A stretch of DNA of 61,178 nt from Actinomycetota bacterium (GTDB lineage Bacteria; Actinomycetota; Actinomycetes; S36-B12; UBA10799). Each line of letters opens with the position of its first letter. The stretch's first letter is position 1. A model generated the notes under the pieces. That model had not been told where the DNA came from, did not search any database, and was given only the letters and a program-made list of their open reading frames with translations. Shown here one piece after another: positions 8,744 to 17,650 of the stretch. The stretch spans positions 1 to 61,178 of the forward strand of contig CAUJDH010000005.1 of the NCBI GenBank assembly GCA_963169225.1, in the 5' to 3' direction. The position numbers and the translations under genes were made by a program.

Positions 8744-9306
8744 CGATCATGGCCAACAAGAAAAATACTTCGACCTTCAATTCGTCGTCCCGTCTGTCTC
8801 AACCGAGTGACCGTCGTCGCTCGCTCAAGCTCAGCGTTGATCAAGAACAAGCTGGCAAAATGTCGGAAGGCATCGCTCGCTTCCTAGGCTCTTGGCGCTT
8901 TATCGGATATATGACGCTGTTCATCTTCGCGTGGATCGCGTGGAACGTGTGGGGGCCAGCCAACTTCCGATTTGATGAGTGGCAGTTCATCGGCCTCACA
9001 TTGCTGCTGAGCTTGCAAGCCTCCTATGCTGCTCCCTTGATTCTGTTAGCGGCCAACCGTCAAGCTGACCGCGACCGGGTTCAATACGCCGAGGATCGTG
9101 CCCGTAACGATCGCATTATGGCCGATGTCGAGTACCTCACTCGCGAGGTTGCGGCCTTGCGCATTGCACTTGGTGATGTTGCCACTCGTGATTACATGCG
9201 TTCTGAACTTCGTGAGTTAAACAGTCACCTGGAGCGACTAACTGCTGACCTTGACGACGAATCAGGCGAGGAAGCATCGGATCCGTTGCTCAATGACGAG
9301 AAGTAG
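8740..9306 (+). CDS. DUF1003 membrane protein (start may be ATG 8749)
   Basis: ARFLGSWRFI ... FIGLTLLLSLQASYAAPLILLAANRQADRDR. Overlaps the upstream stop. Confidence 0.88.
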   Translation: MTIMANKKNTSTFNSSSRLSQPSDRRRSLKLSVDQEQAGKMSEGIARFLGSWRFIGYMTLFIFAWIAWNVWGPANFRFDEWQFIGLTLLLSLQASYAAPLILLAANRQADRDRVQYAEDRARNDRIMADVEYLTREVAALRIALGDVATRDYMRSELRELNSHLERLTADLDDESGEEASDPLLNDEK

Positions 9307-9381
9307 CACAATACTCATCGCCACGAAACGACGTTGCAGCGCACCTTTAGTCCAAATTGGCCTCCCAGGTAGCATCGGAGT

Positions 9382-10521
9382 ATGGCAGAAATTTCTCGCG
9401 AGGCGATCGACAAGGCACTCGCGACCGTAGATGATCCCGAAATCCACAAGCCGATCACCGAGCTTGGCATGGTCAAATCCGTTGATATTGACGATGCTGG
9501 TGCCGTCGATGTAGGCATCTTTTTGACAGTTAGCGGCTGCCCGATGCGGGCCGAAATTGTCGAGCGTGTGACATCGGCGGTCAAGACGGTCGACGGCGTG
9601 AGTGAAGTGCGCGTTGAGCTAGATGTGATGGATGAGGAACAACGCAAAAAGCTCCGCGAGCACCTCCAGGGCCCAACCAAAGACAACCCATTCAATCGCC
9701 CGGGAAACACCACCAAGATCATCGCGGTGGCATCCGGCAAAGGCGGTGTTGGCAAGTCTTCGCTGACGGCCAATTTGGCTGTCTCGTTCGCCAAGCGCGG
9801 GCTCAAAGTCGGCCTAGTCGATGCCGACATTTACGGCCATTCGATCCCCCGCATGCTCGGCGTGATCGAAGCGCCGACCGTAGTCGACGGCATGCTCTTG
9901 CCACCGGAGTACTTTGGCGTGCGAGTGATCTCGATGCTGCCGTTCAAGCCTGGCGGAATTACTCAAGCCGTCGCATTCCGCGGACCGATGCTGCACCGCG
10001 CCCTCGAACAGTTCCTCACCGACGTCTATTGGGGTGACCTCGACATCCTCGTTCTGGACTTGCCACCAGGCACTGGAGACGTAGCGATTTCGATCGGCCA
10101 GCTCCTGCCGAAAGCCGAGCTCGTCGTCGTCACCACACCTCAAGGAGCAGCCGCCGAAGTCAGTATTCGTGCGGGAATGCTTGCCCAACAGACTCATCAG
10201 CAAGTTGCTGGCGTGATTGAGAATATGAGTGGATTCCCTTGTCCACACTGCGGCGAACCAATCGATTTGTTTGGCGTTGGTGGCGGATCACTCGTGGCTG
10301 AGACGCTTACCAGCGAGCTCGGTTCCGAGATTCCGTTGCTGGCCAGGGTTCCATTCGATGTCCGCTTACGCGAAGGTGGCGATGCTGGTGTGCCACTCGT
10401 CGAGTCTGAACCAGACAGCCCAGCAGCCCTTGCAATTGGTCGAATTGCCGATGCCCTCGCCGCAAAACCACGCGGACTGGCCGGTATGAGCTTAGGATTG
10501 ACTCCAGCGTCAAAGATGTAG
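9382..10521 (+). CDS. mrp: Mrp/ApbC (NBP35) Fe-S cluster carrier ATPase
   Basis: DPEIHKPITELGMV, ASGKGGVGKS, DADIYGHS, DLPPGTGD, CPHC. Confidence 0.93.
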   Translation: MAEISREAIDKALATVDDPEIHKPITELGMVKSVDIDDAGAVDVGIFLTVSGCPMRAEIVERVTSAVKTVDGVSEVRVELDVMDEEQRKKLREHLQGPTKDNPFNRPGNTTKIIAVASGKGGVGKSSLTANLAVSFAKRGLKVGLVDADIYGHSIPRMLGVIEAPTVVDGMLLPPEYFGVRVISMLPFKPGGITQAVAFRGPMLHRALEQFLTDVYWGDLDILVLDLPPGTGDVAISIGQLLPKAELVVVTTPQGAAAEVSIRAGMLAQQTHQQVAGVIENMSGFPCPHCGEPIDLFGVGGGSLVAETLTSELGSEIPLLARVPFDVRLREGGDAGVPLVESEPDSPAALAIGRIADALAAKPRGLAGMSLGLTPASKM

Positions 10522-10578
10522 TGCTCTGGTTAAGAACCTAAGCAAAGCGCAAGTTCACGATGAGAGGCGATCTAGCAC

Positions 10579-11055
10579 ATGATGGACATGGGGTGGGCAG
10601 AGATCGGTGTTCTGTTTGTGCTCGCCCTACTGATTTTTGGTCCCGATAAACTGCCTAAATTAGCGACTGATGCAGCTGGAATGATCCGCAAGCTTCGCGA
10701 ACTCGCGCAGAATGCACAGTCAGGTCTGACTGATCAAGGAATCGATGTCCAAGGCATCAAAACTGACCTTCAAAGTGTTGCTGAATTGCACCCAAAAAAA
10801 ATCGTAGGTTCGGTGGTCTCAGATCTCAATGCTGCGGCTACACCATTGGCGAGCGCCACCACATTGTCGTCGAAATCTGAGTCAGAAACTTCGACTGCGG
10901 TTGACCAGCCAACAAGATCCGCCGCCAGTGTTCAAAACGGCAGCAAAAGCGACGGGACTGCCCAACAAGAAGCCGATTCAGTCGACTCGGCGATTACTCC
11001 AAATATCAGAAATATTCAAAAATCGAACACCAAGTTCGACCCCGACGCGACTTAG
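10579..11055 (+). CDS. tatB: Sec-independent translocase TatB-like protein
   Basis: MDMGWAEIGVLFVLALLIFGPDKLP; C-terminal FDPDAT motif typical of actinobacterial TatB. Confidence 0.85.
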   Translation: MMDMGWAEIGVLFVLALLIFGPDKLPKLATDAAGMIRKLRELAQNAQSGLTDQGIDVQGIKTDLQSVAELHPKKIVGSVVSDLNAAATPLASATTLSSKSESETSTAVDQPTRSAASVQNGSKSDGTAQQEADSVDSAITPNIRNIQKSNTKFDPDAT

Positions 11056-11091
11056 TCAGACGCACCTTCGAGTAAGTCAAATGCGCTGGAT

Positions 11092-12516
11092 CTAGCCCAC
11101 CATCGATGACAGCTTGACGTCAACCGTCTTGGTCTCGCCGCTCTGAGTCACGACCGTTACCTTGATCGTGTCGCCTGGGTGATGTGAACGAATCACTGCC
11201 AAGCCCTCTGCCGGATCCGCGATCTTGTCTCCATCGATATCGACTATCCGGTCACCTTCCTTCAAACCAGCTTGTGCACCCGGACCGTTTTGGGTCACGC
11301 CGGTGATCAAGGCTCCCCCTTGGTCCGGAGTTTCCATATTGACCTGGACACCTATGATCGGGACCTTCGATTCACCGGAGGCGATGATCTCGTCGGCAAC
11401 CCGCTTCGCGTTATTGATAGGGATAGCAAAACCCAGCCCGATTGAGCCGGAACTCGAAGATCCGTTCTCAGTCTGACCCATAGTCGCGATCGACGAGTTC
11501 ACCCCGATCACCTGACCTTCGGCGTTGACCAACGGGCCACCCGAGTTGCCGGGGTTGATCGCCGCATCGGTTTGCAAAGCGCTGATATGTGTAGCCTCAC
11601 CGCTGCCACCCGCCGTTACCGGCCTGCGCACGGCACTGATAATTCCGCTAGTCACCGTTCCCTCGAGGCCAAGTGGTGAACCGATCGCAACCGCAGCATC
11701 ACCAACCACAACACTGGCGGAGTTCCCGAGCGTAACGGGATGCAGACCTGATTTATCAACCTTGATCACGGCTATGTCGTAGGCCGGACTGCGACCAACA
11801 ATCCTGGCTTCAGCCGAGGACTCGTCCTTGAACGACACAGTGATCTTGCCACCCTGAACAGCCGAAGCGACCACATGGTTGTTGGTCATGATGTAACCGT
11901 CATCGCTAATGACGAATCCGGTACCTGTTCCCCCCGAGGTACCTGTCACAACTTTGATCGACACTACTGAGGGAGTAACGGCTTCGGCAATTGCAGCAAT
12001 CGAGTTGTCTGCGCGTGGCGAGAGTCCCTCCGGATTGACAGGATTCAGCTGATTTCCGACTGCGACAGAACCAGAATTAAACATTCCCGTCGCACCCGCA
12101 CCTGCGACACCACCAATAAGGCCAGCGATCAGGCCCGCGGCAGCACCAGCTATCACTGCTTTATTGGCTTTCTTGGGCTGAGAAGGAGCTGTTCCATCCG
12201 GACCTGCCTGACCCGGTTGACCAGCAAGCGGATCTTCAGCAGCTTGTGGCGAGGGGGACGCTGGGATAACTGCGAAGGGATCATCTGCTGCGGGCTGCTC
12301 GGTCGCTGGGTATGCCGCATTGACAGCATGATCAGCCGGTTGGCTCTGATCAGTCAGCGGAATTTGTTCGGTGGGGTGAGTCTGATCTTCAGTTACAGGC
12401 TGTTGGGGTGCTGTTTGAGGCACGCTGTCTTCAGTGAAATGTAATCCGCCCAGATCCGGGATCTCGTTCGTGCTGTGGTCTGACTCTTGTGACCCATTCT
12501 GCTCTTGGTCGGACAC
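11092..12516 (-). CDS. htrA: HtrA-family trypsin-like serine protease with a TM helix and a PDZ domain
   Basis: GTGTGFVI, TNNHVV, DIAVIKV, TDAAINPGNSGGPL, PDZ. Start set at GTG 12516 after the GAGGAG RBS (ORF track 12555). Confidence 0.92.
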   Translation of the reverse strand: MSDQEQNGSQESDHSTNEIPDLGGLHFTEDSVPQTAPQQPVTEDQTHPTEQIPLTDQSQPADHAVNAAYPATEQPAADDPFAVIPASPSPQAAEDPLAGQPGQAGPDGTAPSQPKKANKAVIAGAAAGLIAGLIGGVAGAGATGMFNSGSVAVGNQLNPVNPEGLSPRADNSIAAIAEAVTPSVVSIKVVTGTSGGTGTGFVISDDGYIMTNNHVVASAVQGGKITVSFKDESSAEARIVGRSPAYDIAVIKVDKSGLHPVTLGNSASVVVGDAAVAIGSPLGLEGTVTSGIISAVRRPVTAGGSGEATHISALQTDAAINPGNSGGPLVNAEGQVIGVNSSIATMGQTENGSSSSGSIGLGFAIPINNAKRVADEIIASGESKVPIIGVQVNMETPDQGGALITGVTQNGPGAQAGLKEGDRIVDIDGDKIADPAEGLAVIRSHHPGDTIKVTVVTQSGETKTVDVKLSSMVG

Positions 12517-12781
12517 CGCTTCTCCTCTTAGTACGAAGCCTCTACTCTTAGGCAATTGACTTGATCAAAAACTACCAGCTTCAGAATGCTATCTGGCGTT
12601 TCTGTGAGTCCCCTGTTAATTTGGACCTACTTACAATTTCCTTGCCAATCTGGCACATTCACCGCACAATCTGGCCAAGGTGGCTGCCACCAGTCATATA
12701 ACGAATCTGAGGATTCCATGTCCAGACCTACGGTCCAGGCGTTATCCTGAAAGGAAGCACGTTTAATTCTGGAGGTTCACC

Positions 12782-13411
12782 ATTAGCTCTCAAGTTGTGG
12801 CATTTAGCGATAGCTGGAATGTCGAAACCGATGCAATTTCTGCTGCCCGCGAAAAGGGAAACCAGACCGGTGCCAGCAGCCCAACTTCCAGCGCCACTGC
12901 CCTGTTGCGCCTACTAGGTACAGCTATCGGGGCCAGCACTGCCGTCGAGGTGGGAACTGGCACTGGCGTCACCACGGTGAGCCTGCTTGAGGGCCTAGAT
13001 GAGTCGGGTACTTTGACGACGATCGACTCCAACGCGCAACTCCATGTGCAACTCAAAGAGGTGCTGAGCCAGAACGACGTTGATGCCACTCGCTTGCGTC
13101 CAATCGCCGGCGCTGCTTCCGAGGTTCTTCCTCGCTTGGCTGACGAGTCCTACGACTTTGTGTTGATCAACGAGCTCGGCGGAGCACATCCAGGCGAGTA
13201 CATTGAGCAGGCCCAACGTCTTCTACGTTCAGGCGGAGTTTTGGCTGTGAGCAGTGCAGCTGGCAAGTACGGTTCTGCTGCCGACCAGACCAATCACTCG
13301 CCAGAAGCTGGGGCTAGCCGCGAGTTCTTGGCTGAGCCACAATTGCGCGAAGCGTTTACCGCTAGCCTGTTGCCACTTGGTGACGGACTCTTAGTTGCCG
13401 TCAAGAAGTAA
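12782..13411 (+). CDS. O-methyltransferase (Rv1220c-like); probable ATT start at 12782, alternative GTG at 12797
   Basis: VEVGTGTGV SAM motif, LTTID, YDFVLI, LPLGDGLLVAVK. GGAGG (12771-12775) lies 6 nt before an in-frame ATT. Confidence 0.85.
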   Translation: MSSQVVAFSDSWNVETDAISAAREKGNQTGASSPTSSATALLRLLGTAIGASTAVEVGTGTGVTTVSLLEGLDESGTLTTIDSNAQLHVQLKEVLSQNDVDATRLRPIAGAASEVLPRLADESYDFVLINELGGAHPGEYIEQAQRLLRSGGVLAVSSAAGKYGSAADQTNHSPEAGASREFLAEPQLREAFTASLLPLGDGLLVAVKK

Positions 13412-13414
13412 CTT

Positions 13415-15016
13415 TTAGAACAGCTTGGGCGACTGCTCAAGCCACCGTAAAAGAACACGAACACCGAATCCTGTCGCGCCTTTTTGGAATTCTCCGCGAG
13501 GTGCTTCTGATCGGGCAGGTCCAGCAATATCCAGGTGCGCCCACATATGATCACCGACAAACTCGCGAAGGAACAAGGCCGCGGTGATAGCGCCACCGTT
13601 GAACGATCCGTCACTGACGTGAGAGATGTCGGCAATTTTGGAATCCAGCGATGGACGATAGTCCTCGACCAAAGGCAAGCGCCATAGCCGTTCGTTTCCG
13701 GCTTCACCCGCCTCTTCTAGTTTGCGAGCCAAACCATCGTCATTAGCGAAAATAGCCCCACGGTAACGGCTCAGACCAAGTGTGGCTGCTCCCGTAAGTG
13801 TTGCTACATCGACCACAACGTCCGGCGACAATTTTTCGTCGGCATAGGCCAGTGCATCTGCCAGCACGAGTCGACCTTCAGCGTCTGTGTTGAACACTTC
13901 AGAAGTACGCCCGCCGTAGTGAGTGATCACATCACCTGGACGGTAGGCCGAACCGCTGGGCATATTCTCGGCACAGGCAAGCAGACCCGTTACACGCGTA
14001 GTTATTCCTGAAGCCTTGAGTGCGGACATGACAGAGAGCACAACTGCTGCACCTGACATATCTGTCTTCATGAGCGGCATTCCATCGGCAGGTTTGAGCG
14101 AGAGCCCACCCGAGTCAAACGTGATGCCTTTACCTACGAGTACGACATGCGGAGCGCCTGCACTCCCCTTGTGCTCAAGTGAAATGAACCGCGGTTCGTG
14201 TGCAGATCCTTGCCCAACGGCGAGGATCCCCCCAAACTTACGTCGCTCCAATATTTGTTGATCGAACACTGTGATCTTGAGATCACCAGATTTAGCGACT
14301 TTCTGCGCCTGTTCGACCAGGAACTCTGGGCTTTTCTCATTGGAGGGTCGGTTGGCTAATTCTCGCGCCCGCAGCACTGCCTCTGCCGTTACTTTCGCTT
14401 GCGCAACAGTCGCAGCCGAGTTGGCTGGTGAGGCGACCGCGAGCTGAACGTGAGCAATCTCAGGTTCATCGGCATCGGCAGGAACCGATTTGCGCGAAAA
14501 TTTGTAGGACGCCAAGAACAGTCCTTCACAGAACGCTCTCAGAGCAGGCTTAGATAAGGGGGCTGTGGCACCGCACAGCAGCGTCTTACCCGGCTTGATC
14601 CACTTGGCCAAACTAGCTCCCGCTTGGCGAGCATCCTTGGGGGAACCGGTGCCAGTACCGAGCACCAGAAGGCTCTCAGTGACATCGTCTTCGAGTACGA
14701 CCTCAACAACCTCGCCTGGCTCTCCTTTGGCACTGGCTCGGCGCAACCGGCGATCCAAATCGATTTGATACAGCGCAGCGAACTCGACTCCGACAACACC
14801 TGCAACAACATCGTTAGTTCCCGGAGTGGATTCTACGACGAAGATTCCTGGAGGCGGGATCTGATCGCTGGCGACTAACTGAGAAGCATCCTCATGGTCC
14901 AGCGGGAGCGGCTCCGCCAACGATTGGAGATCATCCAACGAAACGAGTTCAATATCGAGATTCAATGTGGCGGCGAGCGAGAACTCCGCTTTTCGTGAAA
15001 CTCCTATCGCGTTCAT
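13415..15016 (-). CDS. pepA: Leucyl aminopeptidase (M17)
   Basis: VGKGITFDSGG, MKTDMSGAA, NTDAEGRLVLADAL, ATLTGA, WAHLDIAGP. TAGCAT lies 6 nt before the ATG. Confidence 0.93.
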   Translation of the reverse strand: MNAIGVSRKAEFSLAATLNLDIELVSLDDLQSLAEPLPLDHEDASQLVASDQIPPPGIFVVESTPGTNDVVAGVVGVEFAALYQIDLDRRLRRASAKGEPGEVVEVVLEDDVTESLLVLGTGTGSPKDARQAGASLAKWIKPGKTLLCGATAPLSKPALRAFCEGLFLASYKFSRKSVPADADEPEIAHVQLAVASPANSAATVAQAKVTAEAVLRARELANRPSNEKSPEFLVEQAQKVAKSGDLKITVFDQQILERRKFGGILAVGQGSAHEPRFISLEHKGSAGAPHVVLVGKGITFDSGGLSLKPADGMPLMKTDMSGAAVVLSVMSALKASGITTRVTGLLACAENMPSGSAYRPGDVITHYGGRTSEVFNTDAEGRLVLADALAYADEKLSPDVVVDVATLTGAATLGLSRYRGAIFANDDGLARKLEEAGEAGNERLWRLPLVEDYRPSLDSKIADISHVSDGSFNGGAITAALFLREFVGDHMWAHLDIAGPARSEAPRGEFQKGATGFGVRVLLRWLEQSPKLF

Positions 15017-15041
15017 CGCTAAATGCTACGAGACGCGATGG

Positions 15042-15212
15042 CTAGGATGCAGTGACTTCGGTGAGCGCCACTCCGAGAGCTTCAGCCTCTTCGGGAGTCA
15101 TCTCGACAACGAGGCGTCCTCCGCCTTCGAGCGGCACGCGCATAACGATCCCACGACCTTCTTTGGTCGCCTCAAGTGGACCATCACCCGTACGTGGCTT
15201 CATCGCTGCCAT
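15042..15212 (-). CDS. DUF3117 family small protein (56 aa)
   Basis: Manual translation MAAMKPRTGDGPLEATKEGRGIVMRVPLEGGGRLVVEMTPEEAEALGVALTEVTAS with a GAGGAGGAG RBS. Below the ORF-track cutoff. Confidence 0.93.
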   Translation of the reverse strand: MAAMKPRTGDGPLEATKEGRGIVMRVPLEGGGRLVVEMTPEEAEALGVALTEVTAS

Positions 15213-15305
15213 TAGTCACTCCTCCTCAGGCTCTCCCGCAAGGGACAACCAGGCCAATAATGCTCAACCCCTCAATTATCGCCTATTGCTGGCGGGTGAT
15301 GGAAC

Positions 15306-15617
15306 CTACCCCTCAGTTTGAGAAGCCTCGATTTTTTCGGCTTTCAGACGCTCAATCTCAGCGCTCTGTAGTGAGACGGTTGCAGAGAGTTGATCGAGTA
15401 CCTCGTCTACTTGGTCGATCCGATACCCGCGGAACGCTAGGGAGAACCTGAGCTTGTCGATCTGGTCAGCCGACACCGGGACTGCATCCTCAGACAATGG
15501 CATTTTAACCGAATCGGGTATATCGGCATCTGATGAAGTGTCGTTCCACTTGCCCAGCGCTAGCTGAGCGATTACGGCCAAAACGATGACACCCACGATG
15601 ATAAAGACCACGGTCAT
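15306..15617 (-). CDS. DivIVA domain-containing membrane protein
   Basis: N-terminal TM helix, then LRFSLAFRGYRIDQVDEVLD. GGAGGAG RBS precedes ATG 15617. Confidence 0.88.
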   Translation of the reverse strand: MTVVFIIVGVIVLAVIAQLALGKWNDTSSDADIPDSVKMPLSEDAVPVSADQIDKLRFSLAFRGYRIDQVDEVLDQLSATVSLQSAEIERLKAEKIEASQTEG

Positions 15618-15654
15618 TAGTTGACTCCTCCACCTGACGTGCAAGGCTAGAGCT

Positions 15655-16518
15655 GTGGCACTCACATTGGGAACTCACACGTTCGGTTCCAACGATACCG
15701 TGATTATGGCGATCGTTAATCGCACTCCGGACTCCTTCTACGACAAAGGCGCCACTTTTGCCGATGCCGCAGCGTTGGACCGTGTCCACGAAGTTGTGGC
15801 CCAAGGTGCCCAGATGGTCGACATCGGCGGTGTCAAAGCCGGGCCTGGCGAGGTTGTGGATCCTGTCGCTGAAATTGACCGGACTGTTGATTTCATCAGC
15901 CAGGTTCGGGCGGCGTACCCGGATGTCATTATCAGCGTCGATACCTGGCGAGCCGAAGTCGGCCAGGCCGCTTGTGACGCTGGCGCTGATGTCATCAATG
16001 ATGCTTGGGGCGGATGGGAACCAGAACTGGCCGAAGTTGCCGCAGCCAACAAAGTTGGACTCGTGTGCACGCACGCAGGCGGAGTGGAACCTCGCACTCG
16101 GCCTCACCGAGTGCGCTACGAAGACGTGATGGCCGACGTTTTGGAACGAACTGTTGGCCTAGCCGAGCGAGCTGCCGGACTAGGAGTGCCGCGCGAATCG
16201 ATCATGATTGATCCTGGTCACGACTTTGGCAAGAACACCTACCACTCACTTGAGGTGTCCAGACGGCTTCCCGAGATGATCAACACCGGATGGCCCGTAC
16301 TGGTGTCTCTATCGAACAAAGACTTTGTGGGCGAAGCTTTAGATTTACCGGTTGGTGAGCGCCTGACTGGAACTTTGGCTGCTACTGCCCTGGCTGCCTA
16401 TATGGGAGCGCAAGTGTTCCGCGTTCACAATGTTCCCGAAACCAAACAAACCCTCGATATGGTCGCCTCGATTCAATGCCACCGACCACCCGCTGTCGCC
16501 CGCCGCGGCCTGGCCTAA
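15655..16518 (+). CDS. folP: Dihydropteroate synthase (FolP2-like by position)
   Basis: MAIVNRTPDSFYDKG, VDIGGVKAGPG, ISVDTWR, DPGHDFGK, SNKDF, FRVH. Confidence 0.93.
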   Translation: MALTLGTHTFGSNDTVIMAIVNRTPDSFYDKGATFADAAALDRVHEVVAQGAQMVDIGGVKAGPGEVVDPVAEIDRTVDFISQVRAAYPDVIISVDTWRAEVGQAACDAGADVINDAWGGWEPELAEVAAANKVGLVCTHAGGVEPRTRPHRVRYEDVMADVLERTVGLAERAAGLGVPRESIMIDPGHDFGKNTYHSLEVSRRLPEMINTGWPVLVSLSNKDFVGEALDLPVGERLTGTLAATALAAYMGAQVFRVHNVPETKQTLDMVASIQCHRPPAVARRGLA

Positions 16519-17633
16519 CTCAACCAGTTCTTTAGCGCGGTGTAGACGGAATCGAGCTGGGTGACCTCGACGAACTCATCTTTATGGTGAGCCATCGACG
16601 GATCTCCCGGCCCGAAGTTCACAGCAGGAATCCCTAGGTCATTGAAGCGAGAAACATCGGTCCAGCCGTACTTGGGTCTTGGTGCTTCAGCCACTTGGGA
16701 GGCGAATTCTTGGGCGGCCGGTTCACTAAGTCCGGGAAACGCTCCACCTGCGTTGTCGACGACGGTGAGTTCATAGTCCGCGAATAGCTCAGTTACATAA
16801 TCGACGGCTTCATCCGCGCTACGCGAGGGCGCATAGCGGTAGTTGATCGTGACCGTGGTGGCATCCGGAATTACGTTTCCAGCCACGCCACCGCTGATTC
16901 CGACTGCATTGAGGCCTTCGAGGTATTCGAGTCCATCGATCTCAACCACCCGCGGCTGATAGTCGGCCAAGAGGTTGAGAATTGGCGCTGCGTGGTGGAT
17001 CGCATTGGATCCCATCCACGAGCGAGCACTATGAGCGCGCTGGCCTGGAACCGCCAGCTCGAAACGCAGTGAGCCTTGGCACCCGGCCTCGACCCCAGCA
17101 TTGGATGGTTCCATGAGGATCGCGAAGTCACCGGCCAGGAGCTCGGGATCGGACTGCGACACCTTGGCCAGTCCGTTGCGGGCCGAGTCGACCTCTTCGC
17201 ATTCGTAGTAGAGGTAAGTAACGTCACGACTCGCGCTGGCCAATTCGGCAGCCAGCTTGAGCGAGATCGCTACCCCGCCCTTCATATCGCAAGTGCCGAG
17301 TCCATAGAGCCGATCGCCCTCTAGTCGACTGGGAAGGTTGTTGTTGGCCGGGACTGTGTCAAGGTGTCCGCCTAGGATTACTCGCTCACCGTGGCCAAAG
17401 TTCGTTCGCGCAATGACTGTGTTGCCCAGACGCGTCACTTCGAGGTGAGTCAGTTGCGTAAGCGCCGACTCAACCAGGTCAGCTAGCAGCTGCTCATCGC
17501 CAGACTCGCTCGGGATGTCAACAAGCGTGCTCGTCAGCTCGGTCAGGTCGATGCCAAGATCGAGGTATTCAGGGGCACCCGAAAACGACCCGGACGACGA
17601 ACCCGAGGGTGGAGTTGAAGCAGAAGTGGTCAC
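16515..17633 (-). CDS. dapE: Succinyl-diaminopimelate desuccinylase
   Basis: [49 protein letters not shown]. Confidence 0.94.
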   Translation of the reverse strand: MTTSASTPPSGSSSGSFSGAPEYLDLGIDLTELTSTLVDIPSESGDEQLLADLVESALTQLTHLEVTRLGNTVIARTNFGHGERVILGGHLDTVPANNNLPSRLEGDRLYGLGTCDMKGGVAISLKLAAELASASRDVTYLYYECEEVDSARNGLAKVSQSDPELLAGDFAILMEPSNAGVEAGCQGSLRFELAVPGQRAHSARSWMGSNAIHHAAPILNLLADYQPRVVEIDGLEYLEGLNAVGISGGVAGNVIPDATTVTINYRYAPSRSADEAVDYVTELFADYELTVVDNAGGAFPGLSEPAAQEFASQVAEAPRPKYGWTDVSRFNDLGIPAVNFGPGDPSMAHHKDEFVEVTQLDSVYTALKNWLS

Positions 17634-17650
17634 CTAAGTACCGTAGCCGC
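17634..17650. promoter_or_regulatory. Bidirectional overlapping -10 for leaderless dapE and dapD
   Basis: TACCGT (+, 17639-17644) is 6 nt before ATG 17651. TACGGT (-, 17645-17640) is 6 nt before GTG 17633. Confidence 0.7.

Noticed and set aside
12744-12755. ATCCTGAAAGGA resembling part of a c-di-AMP (ydaO) riboswitch
   Set aside because: The downstream conserved blocks (GGGGA, GGGUGAAU, CCCGUCAGCUAAC) are absent.
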